From: Selaginella moellendorffii
Lineage: Eukaryota > Plantae > Lycopodiophyta
DNA: 64,000 nucleotides
Reading direction: 5' to 3'
NCBI RefSeq assembly: GCF_000143415.4
Contig: NW_003314319.1
Coordinates: 68,954 to 132,953 of the forward strand
Positions 51,364 to 64,000 of the stretch are shown here, one piece after another (positions within the stretch are counted from its first letter, which is position 1; the number at the start of each line of letters is the position of its first letter). The notes under the pieces were generated by a model. The model was not told the origin of the DNA. It ran no database searches and saw only the letters and a program-made list of their open reading frames with translations. A program made the position numbers and the translations under genes.

Positions 51364-54129
51364 ATGGGATGTTTACTTGCCACTAGAAATTTGAGTCATT
51401 ATCCAAGAAAAATTATATGAGACTTATATTACTACACAAGATCTTCCCTCAACTTCACCTTTGGAGACCATTCCTAAAAGTTTGAAGATACTAGTGGCCC
51501 TATGGGTTTATGCCAAGCTAGAGGCATTAAATAGAGTTTTTATTTATGGAGAACTAGATCATTACTATATAAAGATTTTGCTTTTGATCAATCATTTTTT
51601 GGATATGCATGACCAATGGTAGAAGCAAATAGAGGATCCTTTGATACTATTTTAGAACATCTTTATATTTGAATCAATCATGTGTTACCTAGTTAGAATG
51701 TTACTAGTAAGGACATCAAGGAACACTAAGGTTAGTACATCTATAAGAAAGAAAAGGCTAGATAATATTATGTACCTGATAGAAGAAGAATATTCAGTAT
51801 TTTTAGTAGAAGTGAAATGGTTACAAGAAGTTATGTGGCATATAAGGAGTGGCAATAAAAACCTCAAAAATAGTTGCAAGACAAGGTGGTGTGGATATTT
51901 GATAGGCTGCCATATATCCTATCATATGCGTCTGAAGGTTTTTCTTTTGGCTCTATGTCTTGACAAAGGGTCCTTCAAACTAGGGAAAACAATCTCTACT
52001 CAACTTGCACACTTGAAGTTAAACATATTGACTAACCTTGCACCTAATTTGATATGCCTCTTCAACATTTCCTGGATCATACTAGTGTTGGGAGAGCTAT
52101 AAAAGAAAAATTTTGTGGAGTTGTACATATATGTTCGTGACCTTAAGGGAAAGGTTGTAGAACTTGATGGCTTTAAATCAATTAAATCCAAGGAGGCTCA
52201 TGCTATTAACTTGTTAACATCTTTGCTTTGATAAGATCTAGAATATGTTAAAGAAGTTTACACTTTAACCAAGTTGGAGATAGTTTTTATGACTAGGCTA
52301 ACACCAATTGCACTGACGGAACACTAGCATCATGAAATAATCTAGAGTTTCAACATAAAAAGGTTAATTGGGTATGTAAATGGAATGGTTATCTCTTTTA
52401 TCCTTGGTTAAGTTATATGAGGGAGTTGTAAATTGAGGAGGAGCTTATTAGTGCGTTAATTGATATAATCATACAAAATGAGTTGATATCATATATGAAG
52501 ACTTTCTTTGCTTATTTGGATGACCAAGAAAAATGTAAAGTAGTTCACATGACAAGTACTCATCTTTAACATTATGAATTTATTGTTAAGAGAAAAGAAA
52601 ATGAGAAAAACTATTGAGGAAAAAAATAAAAAAGTAAAAATGATATCATTTTAACACTTTGAATATAAAGTTAATAGAAATTTTAGTTTTAGAAAAGTTA
52701 AATAAAAGTCAAATCTCAAACTAATCTAGGAATATAATGTAGGTATACATTAAATGCTTATATATGTGTCTTGAGTTTAAATTTTATGAATAAAAGTTTG
52801 ACATTATTATTTATAAAACTTTAATAAATATACAAAGATGACAAATGTATCATCCTCTTTTCTCATTGCCTTTAATTATAAGTTTTGAATGGAAATTAAA
52901 ATATTGTATAAATGTGGATATCATCAATTAAATTCTTTAAAAGTATGAGTAAAATGAGAATTAAACTTTTAAGTATGATGATTAAAAAAAATCTAAAACA
53001 AGTTCACTTAGTTACTCTTTTATCAATTATCTTTCGGTAAGGCAAGAAATGTGTTATTTTAGAAAAATGGTCAACCACAACAAAATTATCTTAAATCTTT
53101 AAAAAAGTAAAAGATTAATAAGAAAATCTATAGATATAAATTTCAAAATCTTGAAGCAATAGGAATTAATTAAAGAAGACAAAATAAAGTAATTAAAAAA
53201 ACTAGATGAAGAATTAAAGAATTTTGATCTACTAAAATGTATTACATGAATGTATTTGAAACTACTAAAATAGTTAATCTAAGTGTTTTGCTAAGGCTAG
53301 GATTTTTATGATAAACTTTGATAACATTCGATTACACTTCACTATATAGTACATATAGTGAGTATATCTTTACTCCAAAACTAAATAAATCAATAATTAC
53401 AATGTTGAATTGAAGTAATACATAAAGAAATGGATTCACAAATTTATTGAGTAATTTGATCAATGGTATAAATTATTCAATTAATAACTTGAGAGAGTGA
53501 TAAAAAATTTGATGTACTTCAAAACCTAGAAAACCCTTTAAAAAATAGAAAACTAAATAAAAAGGGTATTTGATGATAAGCTGTATAAAAAATTTGGAGA
53601 AATATCGAATAAAATTTTAATAGAAATTCATAATGCAAAATAAATACCAGATATTATTGGTAGATACATAACCTAAAAACTATTAAAAAAATATTTTTTA
53701 ATTTTGCAAAAGGATTATGTTTTTAAAGTTTTTATAAAACAAGATAAACATGACAATTATGCTCTCTTAAATCTCAATATGTAACATGAAAGGAAAACCT
53801 TTCCAATTAAAGAATGTAATTAACTTAAAATTTAAAAAAGCTTTAGACTTGTCCTACAGGGATGAACTTTCCAGCAAAACATCTTTTTACTATTTAGATA
53901 TTTTGCTTCAGTTGTTCAGAAATTTGCTGCATAAACTTGTCCCAACTTATCTTGCATAATCTTCCGCTTTGGAATGTTCCAGTTGATCCATCTCAAATAA
54001 GATGGGACAAACTCACTAATATGAAAGTTGAGCATCATATGTAGGTGAATGCTCTTTCTTGCAGATAAACCACTTGCAGTGTTAAAACCATACGTAATCA
54101 CATTGTTTCCAGCAGTGCCAAGCAGAAAA

Positions 54130-55022
<893 letters not shown>

Positions 55023-55044
55023 TCAAGATGAAGAACATAATAAC

Positions 55045-56180
55045 TTAGCTATTAGGAAGCTCAACATTGTCTAAGAGACGAACACTACCAAACCACGCAG
55101 CAATTGCAAACACTGATGGGCTCGCCACTTTATCGACACTCTGCAGTGTTTCTTGGTCGACAATCTAAACACAAAAGCGTTAGAGAACTAAGTAGCCGAG
55201 CAAATAAATCTTACGCTTGCATAATCCACTCTTCCACCGGCATGGCTGATGGCACTCACTGCCTGTTCTATGAGAACACTGTAATCCGTCTCGCCGGATC
55301 TCACGAGCTCCTCAGCCCTCTTGAGCGAATGAAAGATCGCCAAAGCCTGAGCCAAAGAAAGAGACTGGAACTTAGGAGACAAAGAACTAGAAACGAAACA
55401 AATGTAGGACTTACATTTTTTCTTTCGGTGGCAGTGAGTCTCACATTCCGGGAGCTCATTGCAAGGCCATCGGCTTCTCTTACGAGCTTGCAGCCGACCA
55501 CCTCCACTCCAAAGTCTAAATCCCTCACCTAAGCTAAGGTAAGAGATTCGTCAGCCTGTTTGAATCGAAAAGACCAAGAAAGAAAGAAAGAAATGGAAGA
55601 GAAGAAAACGATGGAGCTTACCATGCGAGACAAGACTCGCCATTGCTGGTAATCCTTCTTGCCAAACACGACCACGTCCGGCTCCACAATGTTGAGAAGC
55701 TTTGACACCACGGTAGCAACACCCCTGAAGAACAATGGACGGCTTCCACCGCAAAGAGGCTTTTCCAAGTTTTCCACCCGGATCCAAGTCTCGTGGCCGG
55801 CGCCATTCTTCTCGGGTGAGTCTCGGACATACAAGTCGCGTGGATTGAAAATGATGTCCACGCCAAGTGGCTGCTCCAAAAAGAAAAGGAAAAGAAAATG
55901 CGAGAGAGAAGCGATAATTCTTGAGACGGACCTTGAGCTTCTCGACATCGCCATCGAAATCGCGGGGATACACATCCAGATCTTCCCCGGGAGCGAATTG
56001 CCCGGGATTCACATAAATCGACACCACCACTTTCTCCGCTCGCTGCTTCGCCTCGGACACCAGCGACAGATGACCTTCGTGTAGGAATCCCATCGTCGGC
56101 ACCAGCGCGATCCGGCTACCGCATTGGCGCTGGGACCTCGACCAGTGCCGCATCGCCCCCTTCTCCCCCACGATCGCCAT
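55045..56180 (-). CDS. panC: Pantoate--beta-alanine ligase (pantothenate synthetase), 5 exons, 287 aa
   Basis: Exons 56180-55932, 55870-55622, 55528-55415, 55346-55215 and 55164-55045 sum to 864 nt with GT-AG introns. Motifs [47 protein letters not shown]. Confidence 0.95.
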
Positions 56181-56242
56181 AAGAACCCTAATTCTTAAAC
56201 CCTGAGCTCTCAAGAACCCTAATCCTTAAACCCTGAGCTCTC
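56181..56242. promoter_or_regulatory. 31-bp tandem duplication with telo-box-like AACCCTAA/AAACCCT, immediately upstream of the panC ATG
   Basis: aagaaccctaattcttaaaccctgagctctc x2 (one mismatch). Confidence 0.6.
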
Positions 56243-56253
56243 GTTTTAAAAAA

Positions 56254-58164
56254 CTAGCTCGTTGGAAGAATGCTGGAAAGAAGAACGCATGGCGCTCCAG
56301 AGTTTGTGGAGCTCCCAATTTCCATCGCCCTGGGCATTGCTCTTGTGGCTGCCTTGATCTCCTTGTGGATCTTACAGCCCCCAAGGAATGCCCCCCACGC
56401 CGTCTTGTCTGGCTCGAATGGCATGCTCGCTAGCAAATCCTCGGCATCCTGGAGCTCTCCAGATCGCCCCAGGACGTCCACCAGGCAGCAGTAGTGCTCC
56501 CTCTGGGGCGAGACACCGAAATCTCTCATGAGAAGGAAGAATGCCAGCCCCAATTCGACGAGGCCAATGTGGTTGCAAGCCACCAGCGCATTCGTGAAGG
56601 TGATCTCGTCTGGATCAAACCCCTCAAGCACCATCATCCGGAAGAGGGCGAGCGCTTGGAACCCATCTCCAAACGCCGAGAATGCCTGGACGATCGAGTT
56701 CCATGCGACCACATTGTGCTTGGGCATCCGATTGAATAGCTTGATCGCGAGATCCAGACGCATGCTCGATGCAAAGATGTAGATCATGCTCGTCCACGAC
56801 ACGACGCTCCTCTCAGGCATCTCGCAAAAGAGGGCGATCGCTCTCTCCAGCTCTAGATTCTGGGCATATGCCGCAGCCATGGCATTCCAGGTGACCAAGC
56901 TGCGGTTCTCGTCGGCCGTGGCATCAAACACCAGCCTTGTGCCTTGGATATGCCCGGCATGGGAATATGCTGTCATGAGGCTCGTGCACGCCACGGCATC
57001 GTGCTCGGGCATGTTGTCGAAGAGATTCTTGGCATATTCAAGGCTTCGGCTTTGGGTGTATGCTGCGATCATGGCATTTACCGCCAGAATGTTCCACCCC
57101 GGCATGGAATCAAACACATCCTTGGCCCGGTAAATATGCCCGGAGCGGGAATATGCGGCAATCATGACGCTGCAAGATGCCGTGTCTCTAAACGGCAGGA
57201 CCTCAAATAAAAAATCCGCGGTATATACGTCTCCAGCTTCGCTGTAGGCTTGGATGAGCGCATTGCACGAGACCATGTCGTACTCGGGCATCCCGGCAAA
57301 GACCCTGTGCGACTCTTCCACGTAGCCGTTCTCCGAATATGCCGTGAGCATTGTTGTGTGGGAAATAATATTCCGCTCGGGCATTTTCAGAAAGAGGTTG
57401 AGTGTACGATCCAGATGCCCGATTTCGGCATATGCTCGCATCATGACATTCCAGGAAACCACATTGCGAGACGGCATAGAATCAAACACATGTTTTGCCA
57501 TTTCAACAAACCCTAAATCCGCGTAGACTTGTAGCATAGCTGTGTAGGCAACCACGTCGTGGCACGGCATGGAGTCAAAAACTTGCTTTGCTCCCTCAAG
57601 ATGCCCTCGTTGGGAATATGCCTGCATGAGAGCGGTTGACGAGATGGAATCTTTTGCGGGCATGGAATCAAAGATGTGCTTTGCGTCATCAAGCAACCCA
57701 GACCGCACGTACAGGCTGATCATAGTCGTCCACGTCACTGCATTTGTTTCTGGTATAGAGACAAAAAATAGCTTTGCCTCCTCAAGATGCCCGGTTTTGG
57801 CATATGCCTGGAGCATCGTCGTCCACGACACAACGTTTGGCTCGGGTGCTCGATCAAACATCGCCTTAGCCTCCTCAAGATGCCCATTGTGAGCATACGC
57901 GGCAATGATAATGTTCCACGAGAATACATTGGGGGATTCCAGAGAATCAAACACGGAACGCGCATCGCACGGGCTCTGGCATTTGCCGTACATCTCGATA
58001 ACCAAGTTGGCGATGTAGGTTTTTGTAATCTCTCCATTTTGCGCCAGCCGGTCGTGGATGCGTCTTGCATGCGCGAGATCTTTGCTTCTCCCACAGGCCC
58101 GGAGGAGTGTCGCAAAGTAGTCTGTGTAGATGGAGTGATTTGGATCTTGTTGGCTGCATTGCAT
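56254..58164 (-). CDS. PLS-class pentatricopeptide repeat protein with E-like C-terminus, no DYW
   Basis: Intronless, 636 aa, tandem ~31-aa repeats (FDSMP.RNVVSW), ending ...HYCCLVDVLGRSG...MPFEPDKTAWGAFLGGCKIH. Confidence 0.92.
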   Translation of the reverse strand: MQCSQQDPNHSIYTDYFATLLRACGRSKDLAHARRIHDRLAQNGEITKTYIANLVIEMYGKCQSPCDARSVFDSLESPNVFSWNIIIAAYAHNGHLEEAKAMFDRAPEPNVVSWTTMLQAYAKTGHLEEAKLFFVSIPETNAVTWTTMISLYVRSGLLDDAKHIFDSMPAKDSISSTALMQAYSQRGHLEGAKQVFDSMPCHDVVAYTAMLQVYADLGFVEMAKHVFDSMPSRNVVSWNVMMRAYAEIGHLDRTLNLFLKMPERNIISHTTMLTAYSENGYVEESHRVFAGMPEYDMVSCNALIQAYSEAGDVYTADFLFEVLPFRDTASCSVMIAAYSRSGHIYRAKDVFDSMPGWNILAVNAMIAAYTQSRSLEYAKNLFDNMPEHDAVACTSLMTAYSHAGHIQGTRLVFDATADENRSLVTWNAMAAAYAQNLELERAIALFCEMPERSVVSWTSMIYIFASSMRLDLAIKLFNRMPKHNVVAWNSIVQAFSAFGDGFQALALFRMMVLEGFDPDEITFTNALVACNHIGLVELGLAFFLLMRDFGVSPQREHYCCLVDVLGRSGELQDAEDLLASMPFEPDKTAWGAFLGGCKIHKEIKAATRAMPRAMEIGSSTNSGAPCVLLSSILPTS

Positions 58165-58205
58165 CTCTATGTCACGAGATTAAATTGGGAGTTTATTAGT
58201 GAGTA

Positions 58206-60137
58206 ATGCAAGAACTCCAGCTCGAATTCGCATCTCGTCTACGAAATGCCAGAACCCCAGTTCAAGCCAGGGAAGTTCACAGAGAACTTGAGACCAGTCC
58301 TGTACGAGGTGACACATTCCTTGCGAATCTAACAGTCCAAATGTACGGCCGTGTCAGATGCCTCGAAGATGCTTGCCAGACATTCCACGGTATCGAGCAT
58401 CCAAACCTCTTCTCGTGGAATATCATGGCTTCGGCATATGCCGTAAATGGGCATCCTGAAGAATCTTTACAGATCCTCTTGAGCATGCCAGAGAAGAATC
58501 TTGTGTCCTGGAATACAATTCTAGCTGCGCTACTGAAGCTCAATAAACTCGATCAAGTGAAGTCTGTCTTTGATCAAATGTTTGAGTTGGACACTGTCTC
58601 ATGGACTTGCCTTGTTCAGGCATTTGCCAAACGAGGGGATTTTGATGAAGCCAAGCGCGCGTTCGATTCCATGCCCGAGAAGAACCTGGTGACGTGGAAT
58701 GCCATGCTGGCGGCTTACGTCTCGCGTGGTCACATCGACGCCGTGGATCTGCTGGGGATGCCGGGTTGGAATCGCCAGACCTGGACGCTTCTCCTCAATG
58801 GCCGTCTGGACGAGGGGAATCTGGGCGAATGCCAGCACCTCTTTCAGTCGATGCCCGAGCACGACATCGTTTCATGCACGGCGATTCTCCGGGTTTTCGC
58901 CCAGCTGGGCGATCCAGGCCGAGCGAAATCGCTGTTTGATTCGATCCCCCAGACGGATCTTCTCGCGTGGACGGCTTTGCTTCAGGCATACGCTCAAAAC
59001 GGGCAACCCGAGCGCGCCAGTAAGATCTTCTCGTCGATGCCCGAGTGGAGCGTCGTGTCATTCAATGCGATGCTCATAGCGCTTGGGACGAGCGGAAGTC
59101 TCGCAAAGGCGGAGGGGTTCTTTGATCGGATGCCCGAGAGAGATCACGCGTCCTGGACAACAATGATCCAGACGCTCGCCCGCGCCGGGCAATTTCGATC
59201 CGCGAGAGATCTCTTCTATCGAATGCCCGAGTGGGATTCTAGATCCTGGGACGCGCTTCTCCAGGCGCTCTTCTTGGCGGGAGATGCCAAACAGGCGAGG
59301 GTAGCATTTGACTCTTTGGGAGCAAAAGATACCTCGACGTGGAACGCGATGCTAACCGAATATGCCCAGGCCGGGCACCTGGAAGATGCCAAGCATCTCT
59401 TTGACACGATGCCAGAGCACAGCACCGTGTCGTGGAATCTCCTCATCCTTGCCTGCCACCGGGGCGGCCACGTGGAAAGCGCGCGGAGTCTGTTCCAGAA
59501 GCAACCGGACAAAGACGTAGTGACGTGGACGACCATGGTCGCGATGAATGCCGAGCTGGGGGACGCGCAAGAGGCGGCAGCGCTCTTCCGGCAAATGCCG
59601 CAGCGGAATATCCTCTCCTGGAACGCACTGCTGGCGGCATTTGCGTCGCTGGATTGGCATCTCGCGAAGATGCTGTTTGATGCCATGCCTGAGGTGGACG
59701 TGGTGTCGTGGACAACGCTGGTCCACGCGTTCGTGTTATCTGGGAAGATTGTTAATGCCACGCGGACGTTTGGGAGGATACCGCCGGGCCAGAAGAACTT
59801 GGTGACGTGGAATGCCATCGTGGCCGGGCACGCCCGGTTTGGGTCCAGCCGGGAGAGTTTTAAAATGCGGATGGAGGGAATCGAGCCCGACCAGAGCTCT
59901 TTCGTGAGTAGCCTCATTGCGTGCAACCATTTGGGGCTGCTAGCGGCGGCTAGGGATAGCTTCGTGTCGATGCGCGGGGATTATGGCTTGGCGCCGCGGA
60001 AGGAGCAACTCTGCCTCATGATCGATGCGCTCTCCCGAGCCGGAGAATCGGAGGAGGCGCGAGAGCTCCTCCAGATCGTGGTTGGGCAAGGGTTGAGCAA
60101 GAAATTCTATAGAGGTCCTCTTCTTTCTTGCAGGTGA
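58206..60137 (+). CDS. PLS-class pentatricopeptide repeat protein (truncated E region)
   Basis: Intronless, 643 aa, tandem ~31-aa S/SS repeats, ending P2-L2-S2-like (ACNHLGL...LCLMIDALSRAG). Confidence 0.9.
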   Translation: MQELQLEFASRLRNARTPVQAREVHRELETSPVRGDTFLANLTVQMYGRVRCLEDACQTFHGIEHPNLFSWNIMASAYAVNGHPEESLQILLSMPEKNLVSWNTILAALLKLNKLDQVKSVFDQMFELDTVSWTCLVQAFAKRGDFDEAKRAFDSMPEKNLVTWNAMLAAYVSRGHIDAVDLLGMPGWNRQTWTLLLNGRLDEGNLGECQHLFQSMPEHDIVSCTAILRVFAQLGDPGRAKSLFDSIPQTDLLAWTALLQAYAQNGQPERASKIFSSMPEWSVVSFNAMLIALGTSGSLAKAEGFFDRMPERDHASWTTMIQTLARAGQFRSARDLFYRMPEWDSRSWDALLQALFLAGDAKQARVAFDSLGAKDTSTWNAMLTEYAQAGHLEDAKHLFDTMPEHSTVSWNLLILACHRGGHVESARSLFQKQPDKDVVTWTTMVAMNAELGDAQEAAALFRQMPQRNILSWNALLAAFASLDWHLAKMLFDAMPEVDVVSWTTLVHAFVLSGKIVNATRTFGRIPPGQKNLVTWNAIVAGHARFGSSRESFKMRMEGIEPDQSSFVSSLIACNHLGLLAAARDSFVSMRGDYGLAPRKEQLCLMIDALSRAGESEEARELLQIVVGQGLSKKFYRGPLLSCR

Positions 60138-60469
60138 TATAAGTCTGACGCAGTACTTTCATATTCTTTTGCGATCTTCTCTAGATATCATATCACAACG
60201 ATTTTTTCAAGCTACATATCCTGAGGTAAAGGTTTTCTATTCTTTTGTAGGTAGAGTCCTAGATCTATCACAAGGATTTTCTCGAGCTACATATCCTCCA
60301 TTGCGTTTGAGCGTAAACTTTTCTATTTCTTTGTAGGTGGAAATCTAACTGTGAGTAACCACTTTCATATTCTTTTGCGATCTTCACTAGATATCACAAG
60401 GAGTTTCTCGTTGAGGTCAGTTTGCGTAACCTTTTCTATTTCTTTTGTAGGTGGAAACCATTGTTCTAA

Positions 60470-62153
60470 CTACGAGCAAATGGCTGTGAGCAGGACATGA
60501 GCCAGCATCACATCAACGAAGTAAAAATGGCCAACTCTGTCAAACCAAGGTGCCAGCGCAGGCTTTATGCCATAGTGTCCACCATCGCTACAGCAGAAAT
60601 CGTAGTGCCACGGGAAGGTCATGTCGTAGTCGTCTACAAACATCAGCTGGTTCTCCAGGCTATGCAGCTGCTTTTGGAACTCGTTGCTCAGTATGGAGTT
60701 GAAGACTTCTATCTTCTGGGGATTGGAGGGGTCACTTCTTTTGATTGCGGCGAGGGTGATCGTGTTGCGGATCACGACACGAGTGCTGCTCTTGTTTTCC
60801 AGCAGTGACCTCCAGAAAGCCGAAGCAGTCTGAACTGCTGCGGCAAAGTGATGAACCTTTTTCCATGCGTGCCCGTCGTGGATGCCCGAGTTTATGATCA
60901 CTGCGTCCGGAGCTCGACCACGAAAGAATTCGTTCTTGACCAGATCACGATATGCCGGTACGTAGAGCGAGCCTAGACCCATTAAGTTTTGGTTTGGATC
61001 TGCATGTCCGTTGAAGATCGATACTAAGCTGAAATTCTGTGCAGGATTGGATGGATTGGTGACGTTGGCCACGAAGATCCGTTCTATGTATTCCTGGTTC
61101 AGACCAAGAACAAAGTTCATGAGGTTCCGGATTGTGTCTTGGTGGTTTGAGTCGCCCCAGAAGAAGAGCTTCTTCCCGTCCAAGCACTTCCATGCATCGG
61201 CTGCGTTCCAGATGCGGAACTTACAGTGTGCTGAATACACCCATCCGTTGCTCTCCAAGCTCTCAAGGTTGCCAATGCATTGGCTGTCATCGCACTCCTC
61301 ATGTTCTCCCAAGCAACGGTAACGTCCTTCCTTGTCGAGCTGACAGGACTCGTTGAATTTTGTTCTAGTCCATTTGCCTGACCATGTTGTTGCTGACATG
61401 AAGTCGTGGCTGGTGCAGGTTGCAAGATGAGGATTTCTTTTCCGGCTGGTAGTAAAACGGATTTGGACGGTTAGCATCTCTTTCGTCAGGGCCCATGGAT
61501 CCGGCTGATGCTCCAGTCCACGAAAGTTGGAGTATAGAAGGATAACCTTGAAGGTGTAGTTTCCAGCGAATTCCTCGTCCACTTTCAGCTCGACGAGGTA
61601 AGAGCCATCTCCGACATCTGTGATTGGTGGCCTTGATTTCCATTGAGGACCTACAGATGATAGAAAATTCGTGAGGACAAAAACTTTCAGAACAAACTTA
61701 ACTGGAGAGATCCGTCTCGTAGAAGTCTCCTCCAAAGCATCTCCTGTTTCCGCTAGCAGCATATGAGACGATCCAAATCTTGTGAAGAACATCAGTGGAC
61801 AAGGTAATTTCGCCTCCATTCTCTGCTCTAGGGAGCCCAAAGAAGAGAGCAGCGGTAGTACTTACGTTGTGACATTCCTGTTTGCCGTACTCAGAGAAAC
61901 GCTTGAAGAAGATGCTTGTAGACTCGTTGAAAGACGAACGCTTGTTTGAGTTGGGGGACGACATCGAAGGTACTCTGTCTTTGAATTCGAACAGCAAATC
62001 AGAGTAGTAACTTAATGGTGTGCATAAATGCAGTGCTAGCAACAAGAAAGCACCCAGAGAAATCAAAATAATTCCGTTCATAGTGGAGTTCATATGCCTC
62101 AAAGGCGATTCATTGAAGCAGCTACCAAAGTGACCGGCCGTTAAGCCAAACAT
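60470..62153 (-). CDS. Membrane-anchored Ig/filamin-like plus SGNH (NXPE/TBL-like) protein, At3g06150/At5g19060-like; 2 exons
   Basis: Exon 1 62153 (or 62093)-61703, exon 2 61650-60470. N-terminal TM helix, GGDFYETDLS, ESNGWVYSAHC, WGDSNH, NSGIHD, SDGGHYG. The Arabidopsis match is from memory. Confidence 0.85.
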
Positions 62154-62348
62154 TCTCTCCAACCTTTGTACTGTAAGTTTTGCATGCGTGCTTTGAAATT
62201 AGCTTGAGCATTTATATGGATTTGGTGTATCTGACGTTAAAAGAATGAAATCCTAGCTTCCTAGAGGAGCTGGCAGTCGAGATGACATTGGAGGTAACAT
62301 TTTGTTGAAACTCACTTATGATCAGTCTTAACTTTTGTTTTGCCAGGG

Positions 62349-64000
62349 CTAAGAGCAAATGGTGGTAAGAAGCACATGAATGAGCATCAAATCAACAAAG
62401 TAATAGTGGCCAATCGTGCCAAACCATGGTGACAACGAAGGCGCAACTCCATAGTGCCCCCCATCGCTGCAGCAGTGATCATAGTGCCAAGGAAAAGTCA
62501 TGTCATAGTTATCCACAAACATGACCAGGTTCTCCAGAGCTCGGAACTGTCGCTGGAACTCGTCACTCAAGATCGAGTTGAAAGCTTCCATTTTTTGAGG
62601 ATTGGAGGGATTAGCTCTTATACTTCCAGCCACGGCGACCGTGTTACGGAAGACCACGCGTGCTTTGTTGCTCTCCCGCAACAGTGACTTCCAGAACAGT
62701 GCAGCGGTCTTGGCCGCTGTGGCAAACTCCCGGGGATTTTTCCAAGCGTGTCCATCATGGAGGCCCGAGTTAAGTATCACCGCGTCCGGCACTCCTCCTT
62801 GAAAAAACTCCTTCTTGACAAGCTCAAGGTAAGCCGGTTCATCTAGTGACCTCAGTCCTAGGAAAACTTTTCCTGGATCAGGAGCACCGTTGTAAATCTG
62901 AAAAACTCGTAGCTTTTGTGCAGGATTTGCCGGGTTTGTGACGTTGATGATGATGGAGCGCTGCTCGATGGTTTCATTCATGCCAAGAACAAGGTTGAGG
63001 AGGTTTCGAATGGTGTCTCTGTGGTTAGAGTCACCCCAGAAGAAGAGCTTCTTCCCGTCCAGGCACTTCCACGCCTCGGTTGTGCTCCATATCCGGAACT
63101 TACAGTGCGCAGAGTACACCCATCCGTTGCTCTCCAGGCGCTCGAGAGCTCCACTGCACTGGCTCTCGTCGCACTGCTCGTCGTCTCTTAGGCAAAGGTA
63201 ACGTCCATCCTCGTCGAGCGCGCAAGACTCGTCGAACTTTGTTCGGGTCCACTTGCCTAACCACGGTTTTTTCGAGGTGAAGTCGCTGCTGGTGCATAGT
63301 GGAAGAGTAGTCCTTGTGCTGCCACCAGTAGAAGAAGTGAAGTGGATTTGGAGGCGGAACACTTCCTTGTCCACAGCCCATTCGGTTGCGGAGTGATCCA
63401 TCCCGTGGAAGTTGGAGTACAAGAGAATGGCCCTCAGCGTGTAGATGCCCGTGAATTCTCCGTCGACTTTGAGCTCCACGAGGTAAGAGCCATCTCCAAG
63501 GTCTGTTACTGATGGCCGTGACTTCCATTGGTGACCTGCAGTTGAAAGGATCTTTCCAACAACGCTCGAAAAGAACACACTCTTTTACTTACCCGAGAGA
63601 TCAATCTCGTAGAAATCTCCTCCATGGCATCTCCTGCTTCCGTCTGCTGCGTACGAGACTATCCAAAACTTGTGGGAGACTTCCGTGGACAAGGTAATCA
63701 TCTCCTCCTCGTTTCCTTCCATGGGAAGGCCGAAGAAGTAAGCGGCTTCCGTGCTGATATTGTGGCATGGTCTAGTTCCATTCTCAGACACACGCTGGAG
63801 GATCACTTGCGCGTCCCGTGAACTGGCTGGAGGAGCTCTTGCCTTGGGTGAAAGAAGGCGGCGAAGTAGATCGAAGTGGAAGCTCTCTGGCGCGGTGGAC
63901 TGAAGTGCCACGAGGAGTAAGAGACTCAGCTTCGGCTGCCTCTTTCCTTGGTCATCTTGGCCCGTTTTTCTGGGTCGTTCTCTGCCCCCTTTTTCTTTTT
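62349..64000 (-). CDS. Tandem paralogue of the SGNH/NXPE-like protein; 5' end at or beyond the window edge
   Basis: Exon 2 63535-62349, intron 63592-63536, exon 1 frame open to 64000. Same motifs (WGDSNH, NSGLHD, SDGGHYG). Confidence 0.85.

Noticed and set aside
51364-52450. Faint CACTA/Tnp2-like peptide traces (LVALW, IFDRLPY, CGVVH)
   Set aside because: Short scattered matches with no termini; cannot be supported without an HMM search.
52450-53900. Very AT-rich stretch as a possible MITE or Helitron
   Set aside because: No TIRs, TSD or diagnostic termini identified.
60140-60460. Short degenerate direct repeats (TTTTCTATTTCTTTGTAGGT x3) between convergent genes
   Set aside because: Local duplication or UTR introns; no evidence of a distinct function.
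56270-63821. Many antisense or overlapping ORFs on the PPR and SGNH genes, and on TE genes (e.g. 48-899)
   Set aside because: Shadow ORFs of GC-rich coding sequence, without motifs.

Overview
Plant nuclear DNA, very probably Selaginella (lycophyte). This is inferred from intronless PPR genes built largely from 31-aa S/SS motifs, ~50-nt introns and very tight gene spacing. The first ~52 kb is a nest of transposons. (i) There are three copies of a Sola-like DNA transposon with ~29-bp TIRs and a 4-bp TSD: X 1-1966, inserted into Y 1967-9262, and a complete inverted copy Z 36739-46911. (ii) An old LTR element (9273-23719, TSD GATAT) contains an RT-less gypsy derivative with a tRNA-Trp PBS and an inverted LTR+PBS. 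(iii) A chromovirus (24049-51363, minus strand, apparently self-priming) is interrupted in its integrase by a non-TIR MULE-like element (25697-47505), which in turn holds copy Z. The last ~10 kb is gene space: an OPR pseudogene, pantoate-beta-alanine ligase, two head-to-head PLS-type PPR genes and two tandem SGNH/NXPE-like genes. Main observation: both unrelated DNA transposons carry, divergently from their transposase, a spliced cargo gene with a ParB/Sulfiredoxin-like domain followed by a beta-class N4C/N6A DNA-methyltransferase-like fold. In the Sola-like element a 22-bp palindrome (ATGGCRTGWGGCCWCAYGCCAT) recurs about 20 times, mostly in introns and intergenic DNA. I infer a candidate transposon-encoded self-recognition or anti-silencing module (ParB/parS-like, or analogous to VANC). 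All domain calls were made by eye and need profile searches.
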